64,000 nucleotides of DNA, from positions 434,001 to 498,000 of the forward strand of contig OZ251244.1 of assembly GCA_965240325.2 (NCBI GenBank), given 5' to 3'. The notes beneath the pieces are model-generated. The model was not told where the DNA came from, did no database searches, and was given only the letters and a program-made list of their open reading frames with translations. Numbering within the stretch: the stretch's first letter is position 1; each line of letters starts with the position of its first letter. The DNA comes from Rebecca billardiae RCC1528 (Eukaryota > Protista > Haptophyta). Positions 10,934 to 23,065 of this stretch are shown here, one piece after another. The position numbers and the translations under genes are program-made.

Positions 10934-13264
10934 ATGGCAGCTGGATCGGAGCGGCGGGCGGAGGACGACGACGCGCTTGACGCGCCGATGGACACCGACT
11001 CGATCGACGCCCTCTCGGGCGCCAAGCGCGAGCGCGCCGACGAGCACGCGCCGGGTGCCAAGCTGGACAGCAGCGCTCAGCCGAGCAAGCGCCGTATCGC
11101 GCCCGTGCCCGTGGCGGCGGAGGCGCGCGAGGGCTCGTCGCGCCGCGCGGACGGCGACGCGGCGATGCAGAAGGGCGACCACGCCGCCGCGCTCGAGCAC
11201 TACGCCGCGCACCTCGCCGCCGAGCCATCCGACCTCGCGGCGCGCGCGGCGCACGCGCATGCCTTGCACGGGCTTGGGCGCACTGCCGACGCGATCTCGG
11301 CGGCGCGCGGCGTGCTCGACGAGCTCAGCACGATGGACGACGGGCTGCAGCGCGACACGCCGCCGCACGCGCGGCTGCAGTCGCTCACGCGCTCGCGCCT
11401 CGCCGAGTACGAGCGCGCGGCGGGCGGCGCGGGCGCGCCCTCGGCCGACGGCGGCTGGGCCACCCCTGCGCCGAGCGCGGGCGGCGGCGGCTCGGGCGCG
11501 GACTCGCCCGGTGCGGCGGACGCGGAGGAGCTGGAGGGCCCAGCGCCGCGCGACCCCGCCCTCTCGCCACCGCCGCCCTCGCGCGCGCTCTCCCTCGTCC
11601 CCTTCGAGCCCGACGGCTCGGACGAGGGCGGCGAGGCGGAGATCGACGTTGCCCGGTTGCGCGCGCTGAGCGACGACGAGCGACAGCAGCTGGTGGACCG
11701 GCTGGCGGAGGTGGAGGCGGCGGCGGAGTCGTCGCTGGAGGAGCTCGAGGAGGTGCGCGCTGCGCGCGCGCGCGCGGGGCGCGCGGTGGCGGGGAGGGCA
11801 CGGCGCGCGCGCTCGCGCGGCGCGGCGCGCGTGGCCGCGCGCGCCGTCGCCGCTGGCCGCTGACGCGCCGTGCGCTCGCGCGCGCTGCGCACCCGTGGCC
11901 GTGGCGCTGCCGGCGGCGTGCGGTGCGCGCGGCGTGGCGCGCAGGAGTCCCTCGCCGCCCGGCTCGAGGAGATCCGCGCCGAGCTCTCCGGCGCGATGCA
12001 GAAGCCCCCGGACTGTCCGGAGGTGGAGGAGGCCGCTCAGGCAGAGCTGCAGGCACTGCGCGAGCTGCACGAAGGTGCGGGCGCGCCGCCGCGTCGCCGC
12101 GACTGCCACGCCCGGGACGGCGGCGGGCCGGGGGCGGCGCTGGGGTGGGCGGCTCGCGCGCGGCGTGGGGTCGAGCGGGGCGGGCGCGTGCGGCGCGCCC
12201 TCGGGCGCGCGGGCCGCCCCTGCGCGGCCGGCGTTGTGCGCGCGCGAGCCATGTGTTCGCGCGCGCGCGCACGCTGCGGCGCGCGCGCTCACTCGCGCGC
12301 GCACGCTCGGCCGTGCCGCCCGGACGCCGCCCGGCCGCGCCGCGCCACGCGCGCTCGCGCGCAGAGGCGTACGACGAGGCGATCGACGAGTCGGCGCAGC
12401 TGCAGGAGGCGCTCGACATCGCGGGCGAGAACGTGTCAGCCATTATGCGCCTGCTGGGCCGAGACCGGTCGACGCGCGCGCTCGGCGCGATGACCGGCGG
12501 CTGGGCGGAGGACGTGCGCGCGCTCGAGCAGGAGCTCGCGCTGGAGAAGCGGCGCTCCGCGTCGGCGGACGCGCCCGCGGCGGACGCCGACGCCGACGCC
12601 GACGCCGAGCCCAGGCCCAAGCCGCCGCCGCCAAAGTACGTCGCGGCTGCCGAGCGCGAGCTGGATCGCGTGCGGCCAGTGCGCTCCAAGCAGGGGCGGC
12701 GGCAGGAGGTTGGTGCGTCGGGGTTCCGCGGGGTGAAGGCGTACGGCGCGGCGCTGGCGGACGTGTACAAGGCGGTGCGCCCGCGCGACGTCGCGGGGAT
12801 CGACGTCGACGGCGCCGACGAGATCGACGAGCTTCTCTCCGACGACGACGGCGGCGCGGACGGCGGCGCCGCTCGCACGCCGCCGCGCCGCCGCGGCGCG
12901 GACGCAGACGGCGAGGAGGGCGCGCGGTCGGAGGACGAGGAGGAGGAGGAGGGCGGGCGCGTGCGGCTGAGCAAGGCGGACTACGCCGCCGCCTTCGCCG
13001 AGGAGGACCGCCACGGCCTCACCGCCGAGCAGCGCCGTCGGATGCGCAAGCTGAGCGCGGGCGGCGACGGCGCGACGCGTCGCGAGGCCACGCACAAGGG
13101 CCAGTGCTCCGTGTGCGCCCTGCCGCTCTACTCGGCGCGGCAGTTCCACCTGCACCCGCTGCTCGCGATCCCGGTGTGCGCGGAGTGCCGCGCGGGGCCG
13201 TGCCAGGAGCTCGCGATGCCGACGGACGAGCTCTGCTGCTGGTGCGCTGGGACGAGCGCGGGCG

Positions 13265-13313
<49 letters not shown>

Positions 13314-13684
13314 GAGCGGCGGCGACGGCGCGAGCGGCGGCGGCGGCGCGAGCGGCGGGATGGCGGTTGACGAGGAGGACGACGCGGCGGAGACGGAGCC
13401 CGATGGCTCGCGCTCGGGCGGCTCGTCGCCCGCCTCCGAGTCCGAGCAGCTGCTGCTCTGCGATAACGTCGAGGGCTGCAGCGCTGCCTTTTGCGTGCGC
13501 TGCGTCCGTGCGCACCTCGGTGACGCTTTTGCTGACGCGGCGCTCGGCGCCGAGTCGTGGCAGTGCCTGCTGTGCCGCCCGCCGCCGAAGCTGCTGCGGC
13601 AGATGCGCCACGCCGCGGCGATGATGAGCGCGCGCAACAAGCAGACCGCCGAGCGCCGCGAGAAGCGCGCCGCCGCGCGCGCGC

Positions 13685-13718
<34 letters not shown>

Positions 13719-16700
13719 GAGTGCCAACGCTGTCGTGCCTGAGACGACACTGCAGCGGCTGAGCGGCATCAGCACGGGCTCGCTCGTGTGGCCGCCGCCG
13801 CCGAGCGCGGGCGGCGGGCCGCTCGACGGCGCGTCGCCCGCCGCCGCGCGCGCCTCGGCGCGCTCCGAGCCCATCAAGCTGCGCGGCGCGTGGAGCGCCG
13901 TGCGCGTGGACGACGGCGGCGGCGGCGCGGCCGGCGAGGCGAATGCAGGCGCGGCGGCGGACGGCGACGGCGCGGCGGGCTCGGCGGAGGCGGTGGTACG
14001 GCCGCACGCGGCGTTCGAGGGGATGCTGAAGCCGCACCAGCGCGAGGCGCTGAGCTTCCTGTGGGACGCGATGCTGCGCGAGCAGCTCGGCAACGGCGCG
14101 GTCCTTGCCCACTCGATGGGGCTCGGCAAGACACTCACAACCATCGCGTTCCTGCACACGCTGCTTCGCGCGCACAACACGCCGCGCGCGCACCCGCCGC
14201 CGCCCGCCGCGGCGGCCGCCGAGGGCGTGGGCGCGGGCGCGCCCGCGGCGGCGCCCGCGGCGCCGCCGCCGCTCGTGCGCCGCGTGGTCATCGCCACGCC
14301 CGTCGCCGTGCTGCACAACTGGCAGCGCGAGCTGATGCGCTGGACGCCCGCGGACGCGCCCATTCGCGTGTGGCTCGTGGAGTCAATCGCTAAGAAGGAC
14401 GCTCGCCGCGCGCTGCTCGAGTCGTGGAACGCGCCGGGGGCGTCGGGCGTGCTGCTGCTCTCGCACGACCTGTACCGGATGGTCACGTCCAAGATCATCA
14501 AGCACAAGGACCTCATGCACAAGCAGGCGCGCAAGAAGGCCGCGGCGGAGCAGGCGGCGAGCGCGGCGGGTGAGGTGCCGCCAGACGCGACGGCGATGAT
14601 TGCCGCCGGCGCGGTGCGCTCCGAGGACGGCGCGTCGGCGAACGACCTGATCGGCGGGGGCACGCTCACGCCGGCGGACGTGGCGGCGCTGGAGCAGGCG
14701 CTGTACGCGGCGGACATGGTCGTCGTCGACGAGGCGCACAAGCTCAAGAACGACAAGACGCTCATCTCGCGAGCGTTCAAGCAAGCGCGCACGCGCCGCC
14801 GGCTCGCGCTCACCGGCACGCCGGTTCAGAACAACTTGCATGAGTACTTCGTCATGGTGGACTGGGTGCGGCCGAACGCGCTGGGCACGCGCGCGGAGTT
14901 CCAGCAGAACTTCGCCGACGCGATCGAGCGCGGGCAGCACACCGACTCCTCCAAGAAGGACATCGCCACCATGCGCAAGCGCGCATACGTGCTCCACAAC
15001 ACGCTCAAGGCCTTTGTCCACCGCAAGGGGTACGCCGTGCTGCGCCAGGGGCTGCCGCCCAAGAAGGAGTTCGTGGTGGTGGTGCAGCTCTCGCCGCTGC
15101 AGAAGCGGCTGTACCGCGCGTACTGCGCCAACGTGATCGCGGGCGACGACGGCAAGAAGCTCTTCCGCGACTACCAGACGCTCCTGTCCGTCTGGGACCA
15201 CCCCGCCATGCTGCTGCCGCCCGAGCACGGCACGGGCGCGCACACCGCGGCCGAGCGCGAGGGGTTCGACGTGGACCCGCTCACGCAGTCGGTGCTGGCG
15301 GAGCAGCAGGCGGGCGCGGGCGCGGGCGCGGGCGCGCCCGCCGCCGCGGCCGACGCCCCCGCCGCCGCCGCGCCGCCGCCGCCGCCGCCCGGACTCTGGT
15401 ACGATCCGGTGTGGCCTCGGGAGGACAGGCGCCGCTACCCGACAGCGGCCGAGTCGGGCAAGGTGCACCTCGCGCTGAGCATCGCCGCAAAGGCGCGCGC
15501 GCTGGGCGAGAAGGTGCTAGTCTTCTCGCAGCGCACGATGATGCTCGACGTGCTCGAGAAGGTGATGCAGCAGACGCCGTGCCCGCCCTTCGTCGTCGAC
15601 TCCGATCAGGCCGACACGGAGCGCGCGCGCGCGGGCGGCGGCGCGGCCGCGGGCGGCGGCGGCGCGGGCGGCGCGCGCGCCGACGCGGACGCGGCCGCGG
15701 ACGACGGCGGCGTCCGGTACTGGCAGCCGGACGTGGACTACCTGCGGATCGACGGCACGAGCTCGGCGGCGCGGCGGTACGACATCGCCACCGAGTTCAA
15801 CCAGGACAGCGGCGCCTCCGTCCTCCTCGTCTCCACCACGGCGGGCGCACACGGCATCAACTTGCAGCGCGCGTCGCGCGTGATTGTGTTTGACGCTTCT
15901 TGGAACCCGACCAACGATCTGCAGGCGATCTTCCGCGCGTACCGGTACGGCCAGCGCCGCGCGGTGGTGGTGTACCGGCTGCTCGCGGCGAACACGATGG
16001 AGGAGAAGGTGTACAAGAAGCAGGTGCGCGCGCGCGAGGGCTTGCGCGCGCGGCCGACGCGGTGCGCCGCGCCGCGCGCGCTCACGCGCCGCGCCGCCGC
16101 CGCCGCCGCCCGCGCTCCGGCCCCGCGCCGTGCGCGCGCGCTGTCCCACAGGTGCTCAAGCAGGGCATGGCGTCGCGCGTGATGGAGCTGCAGGACGTCG
16201 AGCGCCGGTACACGCGCGAGGAGATGGCCAACGTGTACGAGATGGACGTGCCGGCCGACGACGACGACGCCGACGACGACGCGCTCGAGACAATGCTGGA
16301 CGACAAATTGCTTCAGGAGCTGATCGACGAGCCTCGGACGCAGTGCGCGCGCTGGTGCAAGGAGGTGCGCCCGCACGACACGATGGTGGAGCGCTCGGGG
16401 TACGACGAGATCACGCCCGAGGAGATGGAGGACGCGCACATCGAGTACCACCGCTCGCTGCACTCCGCGCCGCGCAGCGCGTGCTGCCCGACGGTGCGCG
16501 GCGCGGCGCGGCGCGGCGCGGAGTGCAGCGCACGCGCCGCGCGCCGGCGCGCGCGGCGCGGCGGGCCGCGCGCCGCGCACTGCACCCTGCGCCTCGCGCC
16601 GAGCACGCGGAGGACGGCTGGCGCGGGCGGCGCGAGCCCCGGGCGCTCACGCGCGCGCTTCCCCCGCCCCCCCGCCCCCCGCCCCCCGCCCCGCCCGCCC

Positions 16701-17704
16701 CCGCGCAGTGCAAGCTCTTCCCAGTCCCGCACGTCTGGGCTCGGCCCTACCTGTACTGCCCCCGCCACCCGACGACGCCCGTGCTGCTCGCGCCTGGCGT
16801 CCCCGAGATCCAGTCGCTCGAGCCGTCGAGCGAGAGCGAGAGCGCGGCGATCCTCAAGTTCGTCACCGAGCTGCCCACCGCCAACAACAACTCGCCCTTC
16901 TGCGGGCCCAACTCGACGGCGCACTACGAGCTGCAGATTAAGGAGGTGAGTACCCGCTTCTACCCGCTTCTACCCGCTTCTACCCGCGCGGCCCGCCGGC
17001 CGACCGAGTGGGCGGGGGCGGACGGCGCCGAGGAGCGCGCGGCCGCGTGTGCGCGCCGGCCGTTGCCGGCCGAGCTGCGCGCGTGTGCCGACGCGCGCCG
17101 CGCGGGCACGCGCCGCCGCGGGCGCTGGAGCCGTGGCTCCCTGCCGCAGCGCGTGCTCGCCCCCGCTGTGGCTCCTGTGCAGCTAGCTGCTAGCCATGTG
17201 GGCACACGCGCGCGCACAGCAGCGGCACAGCTGGTCAGCTCACACACATGCGGCTACCCCGCGCGCGCATGTGTGCGCGCGCGTACCCGCCGCGCCGGCG
17301 CAGAACGACGGCGAGTGGGTGTCGCAGGAGAAGGCGATCAAGTCGTCCGTCGTGCGCAAGAAGCACCTCGTGAGTGCCACGCCGCGCCCGCACCGCCGCA
17401 TGACGCCACTCAGCGCGCGGCGCGCGCGCGGCGCGCCGCCTGTGATTCATCACGCGCGGCGCTGCGCGGCCCCGCGCGCGCGCGCGCGGCCCCGGCGGAG
17501 CAGAAGGCCGGCAACGTGTACCGCGTGCGCGTGCGCATCGTGCACGACGGCAAGCGCTCCGAGTGGTCCGCCGAGTCCGCGCCGCTCAAGCACGGCCACC
17601 GCGTGACCAAGGAGCCCCTGCCAGCGGAGGGAGCGCAGCAGCCGCTGCCAGGCGCCCCCCCGGCCTTTGGCGTGCCCATCCCGCCGCCCGGGGCGGCGCC
17701 GTGA
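10934..17704 (+). CDS. ATRX: ATRX/RAD54L2-like SNF2 chromatin remodeler with ADD zinc finger (predicted exons 10934-11752, 11945-12074, 12365-16023, 16152-16493, 16709-16945, 17304-17369, 17504-17704)
   Basis: ADD-like CSVC..HPLLAIPVCAEC..CCWC..LLLCD..C..AFCVRC..WQCLLC. SNF2 motifs LAHSMGLGKT, VVVDEAH, LTGTPVQNNL, KVLVFSQ, YLRIDG and WNPTNDLQAIFRAYRYGQ. All six GT-AG junctions keep the frame. Confidence 0.85.
16951..16987 (+). repeat. 10-bp tandem repeat (TACCCGCTTC x3.7) at the start of an intron
   Basis: Directly visible immediately after the GTGAG donor at 16946. Confidence 0.9.
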
Positions 17705-19206
17705 GTCCGTCCCGAGCGTCGGAGCGCGGCTGCCCGCCGGCAGCACGGCTGCTCGCAGGTGCAGGTTGGGCGGTTGCACGCCAGCACGAGCACCTCGCGT
17801 GGGGACGACGCGCGGCTTCTTTTTTCTGACACAGCGATCCGCCAGACCGTTGCAGCGCCGGCCCCCGGGCCTGTCTTCGGAGTCGGGCTCGGACCCCACG
17901 CGCGCCCATCGCGCAGCGTAGACAAGACAAGCTTGGGCGGCACCTCTGGGCTGGTGCGCTCCCAATGACGACTTCCCCAGCACAGTAGCATGCCGATATG
18001 AGCAGTCGTCGTATCCTAGCCGTATGCGCCATGCAGTCGTCGTCGCAGCAGTTACTCCGACTGCTGGCGCAGCACAGTTCGTCACTAATATCCGCCGCGG
18101 CGCAGTCGCGATCGATCGGCGCGGATCACTGATCTGTGATCAGCTCAAACTCACAGCAGCTGCCGTCATGCCCTTCATCAGCAGAGACAGCATCAGCAGA
18201 CTGCCAGACGACAGCATGAGTCAGATAGAGCAGCAGCACTGCGCTAGGGGCTGCTACCGGCATCACTTGATGGCCGCGCGGACATGAGCGCGCCGCGCGG
18301 CGGACGGCAGCGTGCGATCAGCTAAGCGCGTCGTGACGGTCGTGATTATTTATGGCCCGCGGTGCAGGGCGCCGGAGCGCGCAGGCGTGGAGCCCGCAGT
18401 GCGGGCCCTAACCACGTTCGTTTCAAAAAGATCTTTGATCAAGAAAAAAGGGACTGGGCGGACGAGTTTGAGATGGGGCACTTCGCTGATGGGAAATGCG
18501 GGGTCAAGTTCCACCCCCGCTCAAGTTCCAACGAGCGCTCCATAGGCTAACGGGGCATAGGTCACGGCCGTGACGACGCAGGATGCTCAGCTATGCCGCG
18601 GCCGACACAACATATAGTCTGCTACTTGCATGTACTACATCAGCAGCAGACGCATCTGTCGGGCTGCCAGTCTTGTCAGCTGGCTGCCGGACGAATGACG
18701 ACGAAGCCCTCCCCGACCGCGACCGCTCATTCCGGAGGAGGACGACAACCGACTACCGAGGTCAGGCCCGCTAGAAATAAAGTTCAGCCGACGACGTTCA
18801 GGTCTCCACCGGGCGGACAAAGTTGCAGCGAAGACACCAGCAGCATCACCGCCACAAACCAGACGACTACTACGACCGGAGCAACTGAGGTGAGTAGTGG
18901 CGCGCTGCCGCACTGTGTCTGTGAGTGCCGCACTACCTCATCGAGGCATCATCGAGCAGCAGCCAATATTAATTATTATTGCACTACTATTTGCAGCAGG
19001 AACGGCCACAGCAACCGCTGGTATGATGATGAATAGCAGTGACCATATGATGATTTGTGATCACACATCCCCATCACCCATCACGCATCACTGCCCGCCA
19101 GCCGTGGGTCCAGGCGAACGCCAAATGTGCCGGAGGCCCCTGGCAGGGGCCCGCCGCTCTGGCGCTCCGGGCAGCGCGTGCGTCGCCGCGACGCGCTGCG
19201 GCGCGC

Positions 19207-19770
19207 TCACCGGCCTGCATGGCGCAACGGCCGCCAGGGCACAGCCGCGCCACCAATATCTGCGCGCGCGGCGCGAGCGTCGCCGGTGGTAGCAGCGACG
19301 CTGTCATTGGGCGTAGCGCCCGCGAGCTTCTCCCCCGGCACCCCGCCGTCACTCAGCCCGAGCCTGCGCTCCAGCCGCTCACGTGCGTCTGCCGGCGCGC
19401 TGAGCAGCGCAGAGTCGGCGGTGCAGACCACCCACTGCGCCGCGCGCGGCGCGGGCCGCGCTCCCGGCGCGCGGCTCTGCTCGCGCGGCGGCAGGTACGA
19501 GTCGTGCGCCGCGCGCGGCACCAGTGCGCGGCTCGCCTCGAGGGGGCGCCACGCCGGGTCCTCCGCGGCGAAGAGCGGCGGCTCGGCGCCGTGTGAGGTG
19601 CGCACACGCTCGGGCGCGCGGCTGTGCGCGCCCGCGAACCCCTCGGGCGCGCTGCCGGCCGCGCCGCGCAGCTGCGGCATGGTCGAGAGCAGCGCGCCCA
19701 ACGCGAAGTGCCGAACAAGAAGCGCCGATGTGTGCGGCACGCTGAGCGCCACGGCGGCAGCCGCCATCAT
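19207..19770 (-). CDS. Hypothetical protein divergent from the first GT25 gene
   Basis: Open frame with a hydrophobic start (MMAAAAVALSV). No recognisable domain. Confidence 0.25.
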   Translation of the reverse strand: MMAAAAVALSVPHTSALLVRHFALGALLSTMPQLRGAAGSAPEGFAGAHSRAPERVRTSHGAEPPLFAAEDPAWRPLEASRALVPRAAHDSYLPPREQSRAPGARPAPRAAQWVVCTADSALLSAPADARERLERRLGLSDGGVPGEKLAGATPNDSVAATTGDARAARADIGGAAVPWRPLRHAGR

Positions 19771-19810
19771 GGTGCATACAATACCGCCCGCCGGCACGGG
19801 CGGAATCTGC

Positions 19811-21001
19811 ATGGCGCGGGTGATGAGGTCGTGCGTGCTCGCGCTCGTCCTCGCCCTGCCTACTCTATGGGCCAGCGGGGCCGATGACGATGTCTACGTG
19901 CCCCCGAGCAGGCTGCTCGCTGACGCCGCCGATCAGTTCTCCCTCGGCAGCGCTCGGCGTCGCATGAAGTCCACGTCCAAGTGCCCGGCGCTCCCGGGCG
20001 GCCTGCCGCCGATCACGGCCGCGTACTACATCAACAGGGCGAAAGACACGCGGCGCAACGCCTTCATGCAGCGCACGCTGCGCGAGGCGGGGATCGAGGC
20101 GGTGCGCGTGCCCGCGATCGAGCCGCCCGTGAGCGACATCTACCCGCTGCTGCGCGACCGCACGGGCAAGTACGCGCAGTCTGAGTTCGTGCGCTACCTG
20201 TACTCGCAGCGCCGATGCCGGCGCGTGACGCAGCCGCTCGAGCCCGGCGGCCTGCGCCAGCCGCTCATCGACTGCGTGCACAAGTGGAAGATCGGCGCGC
20301 CGCTCGGCTGCCCGCACTGGTCCGCGTACGGCGGGCTCTCGTCGCAGCTCGCCGGCCTGTCGTCTCAGCTCCGCACGGCCGGCCTCTCCAGGGAAATCTG
20401 CGGCAAGCTCGCGGCCAACTTCCTGAGCGGCCTGCGCGCCGTCCGGAAGATGCAGATGTGGGTGAACGCCAAGCGGACGGGCAAGGCGATCAGGCTGCCT
20501 CCGGCCTCGCCCAAGCGCGCGCCGCTGCCCGACGAGCACTACTTCCTTCTGATGGAAGACGATTCGAAGATTCTGCCCAACTACCGCGAGCGCTTCTGCC
20601 AGTTCCTGGTCACCTTCCCGCCGCACACGTGGGACATCGCCAAGGTCGACCTGGACGCGCGCGACGTGAGCCCACGCGCCATGATCGGGCACTGGACCAA
20701 CCAGTACAGGTCCCCCGACCTCGCAACGATGCGCGCCGACCCGGACGCGTGGCTGCGCAACAGCAGCATCGACATCAAGCGCGTCCCGCTCGCGTACGGC
20801 ATGGCGGCCGTGCTGCTCCGCGAGAGCGCGCTGCCGCACTACCTCAACCTGCTCGAGGATTCGATCGTGCGCCTGACGGACATGCTGATCGGCAAGTTCG
20901 CCTACAACCGCACGCTTCGAGTCGCCGTGTCTCGGCTGAAGCTCTGCGACTCGGAGAGCGAGATGCAAAAGGACACCACCCTGGGTAGTAGCAGCAGCTG
21001 A
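19811..21001 (+). CDS. Glycosyltransferase family 25-like protein, copy 1
   Basis: Signal or anchor sequence (SCVLALVLALPTLWA). YYINRAKDTRRNAFM..AGIEAVRVPAI and YFLLMEDD motifs. Confidence 0.7.
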   Translation: MARVMRSCVLALVLALPTLWASGADDDVYVPPSRLLADAADQFSLGSARRRMKSTSKCPALPGGLPPITAAYYINRAKDTRRNAFMQRTLREAGIEAVRVPAIEPPVSDIYPLLRDRTGKYAQSEFVRYLYSQRRCRRVTQPLEPGGLRQPLIDCVHKWKIGAPLGCPHWSAYGGLSSQLAGLSSQLRTAGLSREICGKLAANFLSGLRAVRKMQMWVNAKRTGKAIRLPPASPKRAPLPDEHYFLLMEDDSKILPNYRERFCQFLVTFPPHTWDIAKVDLDARDVSPRAMIGHWTNQYRSPDLATMRADPDAWLRNSSIDIKRVPLAYGMAAVLLRESALPHYLNLLEDSIVRLTDMLIGKFAYNRTLRVAVSRLKLCDSESEMQKDTTLGSSSS

Positions 21002-21129
21002 CCGGGGCGGCGTGCTGCCGACGATGCAGCCGTGTAGAATGCGCGCTATGCGCGCATACAGTAGGGTATACTGCAGTACTCCGCTCAGCCGCGCATACAC
21101 GGGCGACATAGCATCTACGGCATGTGCTA

Positions 21130-21688
21130 CAGGTTAGGAGTACGGGTGTAAACTGGACAGTGGCCCCATAAGGTCCCTGGAGTTCCGCCGCAGCGCGCTT
21201 TCTGCGCTGCGGGCCCGTCTGGCGTCTCCGCGCGTGGCGGCCGCAATGGCACTGTCCAATTAGCCCCTGGCACTGGCTTATGAGGCATGGGAATCGAGCT
21301 CAGAGACGCGCGCGCGGAGGACTGCAGCGTGTGCAGCGGCTCGGGCGGTTGCGCTGGGACCTACTCCCACGCCAGCGCAGCCGCGCCCTGCCCCGGAGTC
21401 CGCCCTTCCTGAGTCCGCGCACGCGTCTTGCGGCTTGCAACGCTGGCGTTCGGCCTTGTGCGCTGGACTCACGAAACAAGGCGAAGGCGGCGAGAAGCGT
21501 GACCTGGCGCGTGCGCAGACGACGTCTCACGACCAGCACTCAGCAGGTGAGTCGAGCGAACATCGTGCGCCGTCGTGGCGACCCGCCAGTGGGCGCTCGT
21601 GCTCGTTCGCCCACGAGCCCTCGCCACGAGGCCGTCGCCCGCTGAGTGTCCAGATAGCCCCTGTGTCCAGTTAGCCCGTATCCACCTG
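21130..21688. mobile_element. Degenerate Tc1/mariner-type MITE with TA TSD
   Basis: Left end TA|CAGGTTAGGAGTACGGGTGTAAACTGGACA versus right end (reverse complement) TA|CAGGTGGATACGGGCTAACTGGACA. Internal TGTCCA(G/A)(T/A)TAGCCC repeats at ~21254, 21647 and 21664. Confidence 0.6.
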
Positions 21689-21898
21689 TAGATACTACCG
21701 AGCACTGCCAGACGTCGTCCTCTGTCTGTCCGGTGGTCATCGGTCGTCAGACTATTGTCAGTATTGTACGCGCTGACTTACTGTATGCGGATCAATCAAG
21801 GTCATGAGCAAAGTAACCGTCCGGGTCGGCGGGGGCGATCGTCGAGAGATCGCTGTGGAGCCCGGACGTGACAGACGCGCCAATCGGGCAGAAAGCGC

Positions 21899-23065
21899 AT
21901 GGCAGCGCGGGGCAATATGCTGGCCGTGAGGTTGTACATCCTCGCAGTCCTCCTCGCCCTGCCGACTCTCGCGCGCCCCCGCGCTCCTGGTTTCGTGCCG
22001 ACGTTGCTCGGCGAAGTCGCAGGCTCACTCACGAGCGACGACGACGATGGGAGCCGACCGCCTGGCACCTGCGCGGACCTCCCGGGCGGCAAGGCGCCGT
22101 CGATCACGGCCGCATACTACATCAACAGGGCGAAAGACACACAGCGCAACGACTTCATGCAGCGCACGCTGCGCGAGGCGGGGATCGAGGCGGTGCGCGT
22201 GCCCGCGATCGAGCCGCCCGTGAGCGACTTCTACAAGCTGCTCCACGAACGCGAGGGGACAAAATATGCCGACTCTGAATTCATGCAGATGGCGTACTCG
22301 CAGCGCCGATGCCGACGCATGACGGAGCCGCTCGAGCCCGGCGGCCCGCGCCAGCCGCTCCTCGACTGCATGCACCCGGTCACGCGCAGCCCGCTTGGTT
22401 GCCCACACTGGTCATCGTACGGCAGCTTCTCGAATCAGCTGCGCAGCAGCAGGCTCAGCCGCACGCTCTGCGGCCAACTCGCCGCCAACTTCCTGAGCGG
22501 CTTGCGCGCCGTCCGGATGATTCAGGAGTGGGTGAACGCCAAGCGGACGGGCAAGGCGAGCCTGCTCCCGCCCTCATCACCCAAGCGCTCGCCGCTGCCC
22601 GACGAGCACTACTTCCTCCTGATGGAGGACGACTCGAAGGTTCTCTCCAAGCACTACCGCGAGCGCTTCTGCCAGTTCCTGGTCACCTTCCCACCGCACA
22701 CGTGGGACATCGCCAAGGTCGATGTGGACGCGCGCGACTTGAACCCGAGGGCCATGGTCGGGTGGCGGGCGAATCTGTACAGGCCCGCCGAGCTCGCGCA
22801 GATGCGCGCCGACCCGGACGTGTGGCTGCAGAACAGCACCGTCGACACCAAGCGCGTGCCGCTCGTCTTCGGCATGGCGGCCGTGCTGCTCCGCGAGAGC
22901 GCGCTGCCTCACGTTCTCAACATCTTCGAGGAGGCGACCGTGCGCGTGACCGACATGCTGATCGGCGTCGTTGCCAAAAACCGCACCCTTCGGGTCGCCG
23001 TGTCGCGTCAGAAGCTCTGCAACTCTGAGAACGCGATGCAGACTGCTACCACCCTGAATCACTGA
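21899..23065 (+). CDS. Glycosyltransferase family 25-like protein, copy 2 (tandem paralog)
   Basis: Long near-identical stretches with copy 1 (ITAAYYINRAKDT, PDEHYFLLMEDDSK, ERFCQFLVTFPPHTWDIAKVD). Confidence 0.75.
   Translation: MAARGNMLAVRLYILAVLLALPTLARPRAPGFVPTLLGEVAGSLTSDDDDGSRPPGTCADLPGGKAPSITAAYYINRAKDTQRNDFMQRTLREAGIEAVRVPAIEPPVSDFYKLLHEREGTKYADSEFMQMAYSQRRCRRMTEPLEPGGPRQPLLDCMHPVTRSPLGCPHWSSYGSFSNQLRSSRLSRTLCGQLAANFLSGLRAVRMIQEWVNAKRTGKASLLPPSSPKRSPLPDEHYFLLMEDDSKVLSKHYRERFCQFLVTFPPHTWDIAKVDVDARDLNPRAMVGWRANLYRPAELAQMRADPDVWLQNSTVDTKRVPLVFGMAAVLLRESALPHVLNIFEEATVRVTDMLIGVVAKNRTLRVAVSRQKLCNSENAMQTATTLNH

Noticed and set aside
13267-13340. (GGC)n tract as a regulatory or unusual repeat
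   Set aside because: An in-frame poly-Gly linker, common in this GC-rich proteome.
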